A model generated the notes under the pieces. That model did no database searches. It was not told the origin of the DNA and worked only from the letters and a program-made list of their open reading frames with translations. The position numbers were made by a program, and so were the translations under genes. This document shows, in pieces, positions 42,134 through 50,719 of a stretch of DNA of 64,000 bases (position 1 is its first letter; each line of letters begins with the position of its first letter). Source of the stretch: an uncultured candidate division Zixibacteria bacterium. Its GTDB lineage: Bacteria; Zixibacteria; MSB-5A5; RBG-16-43-9. Location of the stretch: assembly GCA_963713865.1 (NCBI GenBank), contig OY970208.1:992001-1056000 (forward strand), written 5' to 3'.

Positions 42134-42702
42134 AAAGAAAGTATCTGATATTTACAGGTTTGATATTTATAGTATTACTGATTTTCGGACTGGTAATTTT
42201 TAACCCTGGGAAGAAACAGAGAATCGGGAGCGAGATAGAAAAGGTTGATAGAGTCCAGGAAGGAATTTATGAGGGGGAGACCTCTCCTGATTTTACACTC
42301 AAAGACCTGCAGGGGAGAGAGGTAAGTTTAAAAAGGTTCAGAGGGAAGATAGTCCTTTTGAATTTCTGGGCTACCTGGTGTCCGTCCTGCAGAAAGGAGA
42401 TACCATCGATGATTAAGCTTTATGAAAGGTATAAGGATAAAGGCCTGGAGATTATCGGGGTCAATTTAGACAGGATGGACAAGTCAGGGATCGAGAAATT
42501 CAGTTCAGAACATAATATTACCTTTCCAACCCTTTTAGACCCTGCGGGAAAGACAGCGGTTCTATACGGGATAACAGCTCTGCCAGCTACATTTATCTTA
42601 GACCGAAATGGAAAAATTCAAGAAAGGATTGCAGGTGGAAAGGATTGGTCCTCCGAAGAAAATCTTAAGAAATTTGAAACCTTTTTAAGCGAAACAAAGT
42701 AA
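42124..42702 (+). CDS. TlpA/ResA-family thiol-disulfide oxidoreductase
   Basis: PDFTLKDLQG, LNFWATWCPSC, N-terminal TM. Confidence 0.92.
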   Translation: MLLKRKYLIFTGLIFIVLLIFGLVIFNPGKKQRIGSEIEKVDRVQEGIYEGETSPDFTLKDLQGREVSLKRFRGKIVLLNFWATWCPSCRKEIPSMIKLYERYKDKGLEIIGVNLDRMDKSGIEKFSSEHNITFPTLLDPAGKTAVLYGITALPATFILDRNGKIQERIAGGKDWSSEENLKKFETFLSETK

Positions 42703-42953
42703 AAATATATAGATATGATTTAAGAAGTTGACCCAAGTTAAGCTCCTGCTCTAATATATCAGTTCTGTTGGTCTGAAGACCAACAGACAGCAGGCGATTG
42801 CTTCTCGTTGGCGTTCTTACCAAAGAAGCAAAAGAGGAGAGAGAGATTATTAGAAAAAAAATCCAATTTTTGTATTAAAAAATATTTTAAAAAGATCAAA
42901 CAAATAAAAAGGATATTTCGTTGAATTTGTGAAAAAGGAAACGGGTAAATTTT

Positions 42954-43042
42954 AAAGCTGAAGTCTTCACTTATTTCATTCTATACTGAGTTCCTGCCCC
43001 CCTCTCAGGTAGAGTAGGTAGTGAAGCTCCTTCAGCTTTTTT
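42954..43042 (+). other. Long imperfect hairpin with T-tract (terminator or sRNA)
   Basis: Nested pairings aaagctgaag/cttcagcttt, cttcact/agtgaag, attcta/tagagt, ctgag/ctcag. Confidence 0.5.
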
Positions 43043-43172
43043 GTCTGATTAAAATCATAAACCCACATTGAGGGCAATGTGGGTTTACCAATTTGGCAGG
43101 GGCGTATTGCAATACACCCCTGCAAGTTTTTATATTAAAGGAAGTTGATTTTTTAAAAAAAGAGTATATTAT

Positions 43173-44180
43173 ATGACTATGACCAAAAAAAAAGCCATAG
43201 CCCTTCTATCCGGAGGGTTGGACAGCACCTTAGCTTTGAGAATTATCCTGGATTTGGAATTTGAGGTGATCGGTCTAAATTTGAAGACGCCATTCTGCAC
43301 CTGCGATGGTAAGAAAGGGGTGTGTTATTCCAGTAAATATGCGGAGGAGTTCGGGATAAAGCTTATTCGAATATTCGGAGGTGAAGATTACCTGGGGATA
43401 GTGAAAAATCCTGAACACGGATATGGTAGAAATCTTAATCCCTGTATAGATTGCAGGATCTTTCTTCTCCGGAAAGCAAAAGAGATAATGGAAAAAGAAG
43501 GAGCGGATTTTATCTTCACCGGTGAAGTATTAGGGGAAAGACCAATGTCTCAAAGATTAGATGCCATGAAATTAATTGAGAAAGAATCCGGGTTAAGGGG
43601 AAAAATTTTAAGGCCACTGTCAGCTAAACTTTTAGAGCCGACCATTGCAGAGAAAGAAGGGATAATAGACCGGACAAAACTTTTAAATATTCAGGGCAGG
43701 TCAAGGAAAATCCAGATTCAATTAGCCAAAGACTACCAGATAAGTGATTATCCCTGCCCGGCTGGAGGCTGTCTTTTAACTGAGGAGAATTTTGCCAGAA
43801 GACTGAGAGACTCTTTCCTGCATAATGAGGATTCCTTAAGGCATATTGCTCTTTTGAAGATGGGCAGACATTTCAGATTGCCATCAGGTGCAAAACTTAT
43901 AGTGGGGAGAAATAAGGAAGAAAATAATCTCATTCTATCTTTAGCCCGGATTGATGATATTAAATTTACAGTAAAGGGATTTAAAAGTGCTTATGGGATC
44001 TTAGTGGGGAAAACTGAAATTGATGATCAGGTGCTCTCAGCCAGAGTATGTGCCCGGTATTGTCAGGAGCGTAGTTTAAATAAGTTTGTAGTTAAAAGCT
44101 GGACAAGCTCGGAAGATGATTATAATGAGATAGAAGTAACTACTTTAACGGATACCCAGATTGAACCCTACAGGGTCTAA
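43173..44180 (+). CDS. ThiI/MnmA-like PP-loop tRNA sulfurtransferase-family protein with DUF814-type C-terminus
   Basis: LLSGGLDS, NPCIDCR, TGEVLGERPMSQ, GRSRK, PAGGCLLT, GRHFRL, IVGRN. Confidence 0.85.
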   Translation: MTMTKKKAIALLSGGLDSTLALRIILDLEFEVIGLNLKTPFCTCDGKKGVCYSSKYAEEFGIKLIRIFGGEDYLGIVKNPEHGYGRNLNPCIDCRIFLLRKAKEIMEKEGADFIFTGEVLGERPMSQRLDAMKLIEKESGLRGKILRPLSAKLLEPTIAEKEGIIDRTKLLNIQGRSRKIQIQLAKDYQISDYPCPAGGCLLTEENFARRLRDSFLHNEDSLRHIALLKMGRHFRLPSGAKLIVGRNKEENNLILSLARIDDIKFTVKGFKSAYGILVGKTEIDDQVLSARVCARYCQERSLNKFVVKSWTSSEDDYNEIEVTTLTDTQIEPYRV

Positions 44181-44476
44181 ATAGATGTAGAATTTTGCAG
44201 AGTATATGAAATTGGTTTCAATAGTTATTTTTAAAGTTTTACATCTAAGTTGTTATCATAAAAGGGAATGCGTGATTAGCCCGCCAATTTAAGTGGATTA
44301 CCTTCAAGAAAAACTCAGGCTCATAACTTATTGAAAACAGCCAAGTTACCATTTATCATTTCTTTTTTAAAATGGTATATTTTTTGCTAATACCTTAACG
44401 AGAGGTTGAAAATGGATGAGGACAAGAAAGTAATTAATATAAGGTAATTTATTGTAAAAATTTTGATTTTTTCTCT

Positions 44477-44510
44477 TGACAAAAAAAAAGAGAGATGTAT
44501 ATTATAACTG
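44477..44510 (+). promoter_or_regulatory. sigma70 promoter heading the cohesin/dockerin cluster
   Basis: TTGACA then TG-TATATTATAA about 16 nt later, roughly 260 nt before 44770. Confidence 0.7.
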
Positions 44511-44769
44511 AAAGTTGTTAAGTGTAAGTCCTCAGTAATATCACGTAAAAGACCTTCAGGAAGATAGTCCTTGTGAGGGGGAACTGAGGGTGGAGGAAGG
44601 GAGAAAGGATATCTGAGCACCACTTTAAAAAGCAGTGGTTTTTAGTTGTATAAAAAAGTAAACTTTGCTCTTTGAGTGTAAATTTTAGAGAAAGGAGGCA
44701 AAGGTTAAGCCCTTGTGATCGGAGGTAATGGGGTATTAAGGAGGAAAACCATTTGCAAAGAGGGAAGGG

Positions 44770-45600
44770 ATGAACCTAAAAAGAATCGGGATTTACCTGT
44801 TTTTCGGTTTAGTTGGTTTCTTTAGTTTTTCTATGGTTCGAGCGGATACAACGACAATTTTTATTAGCGATGCCATAGATTATCAAGGGCACATTCAAAC
44901 TCAGATCCCGGTCTATATCGACAATATAGATCAACATATCGAAGGTTTCCAGTTAGGGTTTACTATAATCCCTAACGACCGGGTTTATTTCACCACCGAT
45001 CACTTTGAAGTTCACTTTGATACCGTCTGTTGTGATACGATCACACCTTGTCCTCAACTCTGTGTAGATACTAATATCGCTCGCGTTGTGAAGATAGATA
45101 GAACTGGTTCTTTGACAAGTAATTTTCCTTGGTTTTCCGCTAGCGGAGAGGCTGGAGATACCACCAGTGATTATTGTATAAATTTAAGTGTTGTAGGAGT
45201 GGCTCCATCAACTCAGCCGATCGGTCCGGGTTTCGGAATTCTGTTTAAAATATACTTAGATGTTCTCTGTCTTTCAGATACCTTACTACCGGATACGCTG
45301 GTTTATATAAATGTATATGGAACTCTTGCTCAGGATGATACCCTGATCAAGGAAAAAAGGTTTTTACAGGGAAGGTATATAATATTAGCGGTTAAATATG
45401 GTGATGCGAATGGAGATAATAAGGTCTCAGTTGCGGATGTGGTTTATTTGATAAACTATCTTTTCAAAGGAGGTTCTCCACCTAATCCACTGATTAAGGG
45501 AGATGCGAATGGCGATGGAAAAGTTAGTACAGCAGATGTAGTTTACCTGATTAATTATCTTTTTAAAGGAGGTCAACCTCCCCATTGTCAGGAAGGATGA
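44770..45600 (+). CDS. Secreted cohesin-like + C-terminal dockerin-like protein
   Basis: IPVYIDN..IEGFQLGF...I.PG.GILFKI pattern; YGDANGDNKVSVADVVYLINYLFKGG twice. Confidence 0.75.
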   Translation: MNLKRIGIYLFFGLVGFFSFSMVRADTTTIFISDAIDYQGHIQTQIPVYIDNIDQHIEGFQLGFTIIPNDRVYFTTDHFEVHFDTVCCDTITPCPQLCVDTNIARVVKIDRTGSLTSNFPWFSASGEAGDTTSDYCINLSVVGVAPSTQPIGPGFGILFKIYLDVLCLSDTLLPDTLVYINVYGTLAQDDTLIKEKRFLQGRYIILAVKYGDANGDNKVSVADVVYLINYLFKGGSPPNPLIKGDANGDGKVSTADVVYLINYLFKGGQPPHCQEG

Positions 45601-45622
45601 AAGCTTTGGGAGAACAGGCATT

Positions 45623-45644
45623 TCCTACGGATCCGTTCCTAGGA
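45623..45644 (+). mobile_element. 22-bp micro-element copy (TCCTACGGATCCGTTCCTAGGA)
   Basis: Its removal restores the palindrome gaacaggcattcctgcctgttc. Confidence 0.65.
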
Positions 45645-45930
45645 CCTGCCTGTTCCCTGCTCTATCAGAGAGCAAAGCCTGGCGTAGCCACAAGAATGTC
45701 TGACTTATCGGTTTTAGTGAGCATTATGAACGAAGAGGGTAAAACTGTAAACTTTTTTCTGAAAGGAGGTGAGGAAAAGAAGGGGTAAAAACCAACCACG
45801 ATTAACACCCTTAACCACTTTCGAAGGAGGTGAGTGTCTTAAGAGGTAACTAAGCTTTGACCTTTGAAAGAGAGGGGGAAGTATCAAAGATTTTTGAGAT
45901 AAGTTAACATTTATTTAGAGGAGCAAGAAA

Positions 45931-48231
45931 ATGAGAAAGAATTTATTATTAATTGTTTTGGCATTCTCTCTGGTGTTATTCTTCTCCAATTTAGGAGTTG
46001 CCCAAAACAACACACTCACTCTTCAACCAGTAACTCTTAATATTCATCCCTGCATTGGTGGAGGAACGGTAGAAGTTGACATAATGATCGCGACTTTTGA
46101 TCCCCAAATTGTGGCGGTTCAGGTTCCCCTGTTCGTGGGCGGGACTTCTGTTCCGGTGTTGAATACTATTCTGACTGGCCAATCCACAAGTCCGACTCCT
46201 CCAGGTCCTCCAGCATTCTTTGCGCCCAGCTTGTGTTACACTTTCACCACAAGGGTCGTGAATGAATTAATGGCTGGGGGGAATCCACTGTTGTTTGCGG
46301 CAGTCGATTTCGGCAATGGTATTGCGATCCCAGATACTGGACTCTATTGCCAGATGTTCTACGATGTATCTGGTCCGGGAACTATAACTTTTGATACCGG
46401 GTACTTCAATCCTGCTGGTTCATTGGGCATGAACGACCCCAGTGGTCCTCGTACTAACGTTGTCTGGGGTGGAGGCGCTGGCTGGGATCCAGTCCTTAAG
46501 GTATATTCCTTTGACGTGGTCCGGACTACTGAACAAGCACCAGTGGTTAATTGCCATGGTCCCTATGAGTTCTTCGTGAAGGACATTGTACCGATCAGCA
46601 TCACTGCTACTGATGGTGGCGGAACCCCAATGGCAGGAATCTTCCTGAAAGACCCGCTTCCCTGCGGAACTGGTTCTTTCTCCGGAACAATCGGCAACTG
46701 GACCTACAACTGGAACACCGATGGCTGTGATGAGGGTGAATTTGACTTAGAATTTGGTGTGTATGACGGCTGCGATACTGTCTATTGCACTGCCCATGTG
46801 AAGCTGATTGCTACTGTAGGGTTCATCTGGATCGGCAACACCTTAACAGATATCAATGGCGGTCCAGTAGATCCCTGCGACATCGTTAAGGTACCGGTTT
46901 GGTTGAAGGCTAACACCTCCTTTGGTGCCTTTAACCTCTACATTGAATTTGACCCGACTCTGCTTTATTTCCGGGGCATCGAGAAAGGTCCTGGCTTACC
47001 AGATGGATGGGAGTATTTCACCTACAGACAGCTTCCTTGCCCGATGTGCGGCTGCTGCAAATACAAACTGCAGATCCTTGGTTTGTATGACCTAAAGGAC
47101 AAGCACCAGGGTGTGCCGATTCCAATCGGCAACGACGTTGTGATCGCCTATATGACGTTCCAGGTGGCTTGTGATGAGAATATCAGAGGGTATGATCTGA
47201 ACATCTGCTTCGAATTTGACGACGGAATCTGCACAGAGAACACCTTCTCTGATGTTAGCGGTAATATGCTGTATGTCAGCGACAATCCAGAGTTCTTCAA
47301 CTATGATGACTGCGATACCGAGTTCGATGGAGTCAACGTCGTGATGAACAAGATGCATTTTAACCTGTACGCACCTCCTGGAACCCTGAATCCTGATGGC
47401 CGTGCATGCGGTGGAGTATTGGTGAGAACCACAGGCGAGAAGGTAAGAGGTGATATCAACCTCAACCTGATAGCTTATGACCCAGCCGACGTGATTCTGT
47501 TCTCCAGCTACTTCATCTATGGCGAGAAGGTGTTTATCATCGATCAACCGATTCAGATTGCCAATACTGATATTAACGCTGACGGATTCCCACTCTCCTT
47601 GTCAGACTTCATTATGATGATAAGGATTGTGCTGGGCGATGCTACCAAAATACCGAAGCCGACTCCAGGGTCTGACTTAGCCACCATCTATATGATTGGT
47701 GACAAAGTCTCCACCAATGCTACTCTGGGTGCAGCTCTGTTGACCTTCAAGGGTGAGGGCAAAGTTAGCTCTAACTTGACGTTCGAGCAGGGTGTAGTAG
47801 ATGGTAACATGAGAGTTCTGGTTTATATGAACTCCGGCGCTGGCGTAACGGGTGAACTGCTCACCGTTTCCGGAGCAACATTGCAGAAGGTTGAGGCAGT
47901 TGACAACTTTGGCAGACCGGTGAAAACCACTTTGGTCAACAAGGTTATCCCGACTGCTTTCGCGCTGTATCCCAACTATCCCAACCCATTCAACCCGACT
48001 ACCAACATCAGCTTTGCTCTGCCCGTAGACTCCAAGGTTTCCTTGAAGCTCTACAACGTGGCTGGACAGCTGGTCCGGACCCTGGTCAACGAGACCATGC
48101 CGGCTGGTAATCATACGGTTACCTGGGACGGGAGCAACTCCAATGGTGAGAAAGTTGCTTCTGGTATCTACTTCTACAAACTGAATGCTGGTGACTTCAG
48201 CAAGACCATGAAAATGGTTATGACGAAGTAA
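45931..48231 (+). CDS. Secreted scaffold-like protein: cohesin-like and Ig-like domains, atypical internal dockerin, T9SS/FlgD-type CTD
   Basis: VKVPVWL...FGAFNLYIEFDP..L...WEYFTYR; RGDINLN..DPADVILFSSYF..NTDINADG; YPNYPNPFNPTTNISF..WDG..VASGIYFYKL..TMKMVMTK. Confidence 0.8.
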   Translation: MRKNLLLIVLAFSLVLFFSNLGVAQNNTLTLQPVTLNIHPCIGGGTVEVDIMIATFDPQIVAVQVPLFVGGTSVPVLNTILTGQSTSPTPPGPPAFFAPSLCYTFTTRVVNELMAGGNPLLFAAVDFGNGIAIPDTGLYCQMFYDVSGPGTITFDTGYFNPAGSLGMNDPSGPRTNVVWGGGAGWDPVLKVYSFDVVRTTEQAPVVNCHGPYEFFVKDIVPISITATDGGGTPMAGIFLKDPLPCGTGSFSGTIGNWTYNWNTDGCDEGEFDLEFGVYDGCDTVYCTAHVKLIATVGFIWIGNTLTDINGGPVDPCDIVKVPVWLKANTSFGAFNLYIEFDPTLLYFRGIEKGPGLPDGWEYFTYRQLPCPMCGCCKYKLQILGLYDLKDKHQGVPIPIGNDVVIAYMTFQVACDENIRGYDLNICFEFDDGICTENTFSDVSGNMLYVSDNPEFFNYDDCDTEFDGVNVVMNKMHFNLYAPPGTLNPDGRACGGVLVRTTGEKVRGDINLNLIAYDPADVILFSSYFIYGEKVFIIDQPIQIANTDINADGFPLSLSDFIMMIRIVLGDATKIPKPTPGSDLATIYMIGDKVSTNATLGAALLTFKGEGKVSSNLTFEQGVVDGNMRVLVYMNSGAGVTGELLTVSGATLQKVEAVDNFGRPVKTTLVNKVIPTAFALYPNYPNPFNPTTNISFALPVDSKVSLKLYNVAGQLVRTLVNETMPAGNHTVTWDGSNSNGEKVASGIYFYKLNAGDFSKTMKMVMTK

Positions 48232-48248
48232 TCTTCATTCCGTTATTA

Positions 48249-48279
48249 CCGAAGGAGGGGAAAGTCTCCCCTCCTTCGG
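48249..48279 (+). terminator. Strong 13-bp stem-loop without U-tract after 45931-48231
   Basis: ccgaaggagggga-aagtc-tcccctccttcgg. Confidence 0.65.
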
Positions 48280-48440
48280 GCTAAAAATGAAAGGAAAAAG
48301 AGATAAGATAGAATTTTTAAGAGATTTTAATTTTCTTCTCCTCTGGGTGAGGACCTTGTAGTTAGCTGGCTGAAGAGCGGTTGTTGACTTGACGATAGTA
48401 AGAGTAGTAAGTTTAAACAAAAAGTTTTCGAGGTAGAAGA

Positions 48441-50603
48441 ATGATGAGAAACAAACTCTTTTCCTTTTTTTTTGTTTTTATAGCTGCATTTTTTTCCTCA
48501 AGTCTTTCTTTTGCTCAAATCCCTGATACAGTTGGGGTAGTCGATACCTTAAGAGTCGGAAAGGTAACAGCTTATCCTGGCTCAAAAGTTTGTGTGCCGG
48601 TTTATGCTTTTAATGATGAAGACTTAGGAGCGATTACTGTGCCTCTTAGGTTTTCCAGCTCAGATGTTTTTTGCGATTCGGTTTCCTTTGTGGGGGCAAG
48701 GATTTCCGGTGATCCATTAAAAGGGGGGGAAATAGATACTTTGAATAGAACTATCAAGATTTACGACATATCTACCACTCAGATAAATTCCGGAAGTGGG
48801 TTGATAGCAAATATGTGGTTTAAAATAAAGGATGACGCTCTTCCACAAACCGTGGAAATAGATACTTTTTCAACGACTGAGCCTCCTCTTTCATTAGCTT
48901 TTGTCTATACCTGGGCAGAGGAGATGATCCCTGCATTCGTAAAAGGGGGGATCACTATAAAAGAGAAAAATCTGCCCCCTCAGATACAGCCGATTGGAAC
49001 CCAGTATGTAACTGAGGGGGATACTTTATTAATAAAAATATCTGCAAACGATCCAGAAGGGGATTCAGTAAAGTTCAGTTTGCTAAATGGTCCCGAGGGT
49101 GCTTCCTTTACAAATTCAAGTAATAGCAAGGCTACTTTCCTCTGGGTTCCTCCTTATACTGGACCCTGGTCTTCAGTGAATACCCCTTTCAAGGTTACCT
49201 TTGTAGCTTTAGATGGAAATAGCACTTCAAAAGAAAATGTGGAGATTAACGTTATAGATAAAAACCTTGGAGCAAAAGGTTATGTCATGGAAATCGGGTC
49301 AGATTCAGGTTTCTTCTCTGATCTTGTTACTATTCCTATTAAACTTACCAACCTTGATTCAATTGCATCTATTAACTTATTACTTAATTTTGATCCAAGT
49401 GCACTTTCATTATTGAATGTAAGCAAGGCAAATACAAGGACTTATAATTGGGAATATTTTCAATATAATCAGCCTGCATCCGGTGATATTAGGATCTCAG
49501 GACTTGCTGACATCCCATTATTACCACTTAATCCTCCCTTACCTCCCGGAGAGGGAGTAATAGCTAATTTGAATTTCCAGATCATACTTGATACTAGTCC
49601 ACTGAGTTTATCTACATCCATAAGATTTAAATTCTTAGACTCAACTGATAATACTTTGAATGGTGCTCTGGGGCAGAACTTTATATCGCAGAAAAAAATC
49701 ACTTACCAGGATGGATTTATCTATATAGAGAAATTAGATGTTCTATTAGGAGATATAAATCTCAACAGTATACCATATGAGATTGGAGATGCAACCCTTT
49801 TTAGCAACTATTTAACTAATCCAGTAAAGTATGTTTTCAATGAGCAACAAGAGCGCAATTCCGATGTGAATGAGGATGGCATTTGTTGTTCCCTGGCTGA
49901 TTTTATCTATTTACTTAGTAAAATATTAGAAGGCCCCGTTTTAGAAAAATTATTACCACGGACTGACATAAATCAGGTTAAATTAAAGAAGAGTTCTTCA
50001 AATCTTGATTTGTTTGTTGATTCAGATATCCCTATAGGTGGAGCTTTCCTGGTGATTAAACATCCGGGGATAACTTTTGGAACTCCGATATTATCCTCAG
50101 AAACAAAAGGAATGATTTCTATGATGAGAGATTATCCTGTAGAGTTAAGGCTCCTTATCTATAGCTCCAGAGCTGGATATATAGAACCAGGACAAAAGAA
50201 ATTAATCTCTATCCCTATTATAGATGGAGAAGGGGATATAGAATTATCCAAAGCTTCATTCTCGGATAACTTAGGGAATTTGATCAATGCAGGTATTTTA
50301 TTACAATATAATGAATTAGTTCCAGAAAAATTTACATTGTTTCAGAACTACCCCAACCCATTTAATCCAGAAACTAATATCTCCTTTACCTTACCTGAAG
50401 AGAGAGAAGTAATATTGAAAATATACAACCTCAGGGGACAATTAATTAAAGTGCTTGTTAACCAGAAATTAAGCCCGGGCTACCACACTTTTACCTGGGA
50501 TGGAAAGAATGAATCCGGAGAGGATGTTTCAAGTGGAATCTATTTCAATAGATTAATTGCAGGAGATTACTCTAAAACCATGAAAATGATAAAGGTTAAA
50601 TGA
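48441..50603 (+). CDS. Gene A: cohesin-like, Ig-like, cohesin-like, atypical dockerin, CTD
   Basis: VCVPVYAFNDEDLGAITVPL; VTIPIKLTN..IASINLLLNFDP; GDINLNSIPYEIGD..NSDVNEDG; QNYPNPFNP tail. Confidence 0.8.
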   Translation: MMRNKLFSFFFVFIAAFFSSSLSFAQIPDTVGVVDTLRVGKVTAYPGSKVCVPVYAFNDEDLGAITVPLRFSSSDVFCDSVSFVGARISGDPLKGGEIDTLNRTIKIYDISTTQINSGSGLIANMWFKIKDDALPQTVEIDTFSTTEPPLSLAFVYTWAEEMIPAFVKGGITIKEKNLPPQIQPIGTQYVTEGDTLLIKISANDPEGDSVKFSLLNGPEGASFTNSSNSKATFLWVPPYTGPWSSVNTPFKVTFVALDGNSTSKENVEINVIDKNLGAKGYVMEIGSDSGFFSDLVTIPIKLTNLDSIASINLLLNFDPSALSLLNVSKANTRTYNWEYFQYNQPASGDIRISGLADIPLLPLNPPLPPGEGVIANLNFQIILDTSPLSLSTSIRFKFLDSTDNTLNGALGQNFISQKKITYQDGFIYIEKLDVLLGDINLNSIPYEIGDATLFSNYLTNPVKYVFNEQQERNSDVNEDGICCSLADFIYLLSKILEGPVLEKLLPRTDINQVKLKKSSSNLDLFVDSDIPIGGAFLVIKHPGITFGTPILSSETKGMISMMRDYPVELRLLIYSSRAGYIEPGQKKLISIPIIDGEGDIELSKASFSDNLGNLINAGILLQYNELVPEKFTLFQNYPNPFNPETNISFTLPEEREVILKIYNLRGQLIKVLVNQKLSPGYHTFTWDGKNESGEDVSSGIYFNRLIAGDYSKTMKMIKVK

Positions 50604-50719
50604 TTTCCACTTATTGAGTAATATGATTCAAAGAACTAACTTAGAATGATATAATATATCAGAATAGAAGATCATAGAGAAGATTAAAAGATAGAAAAAA
50701 TTATGAAAAGGAATTTAAG

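Noticed and set aside
44520-44770. Riboswitch (e.g. c-di-GMP-I) in the long leader
   Set aside because: A GGCAAA is present, but I could not find the paired GNRA/receptor architecture. An Rfam scan would be needed.
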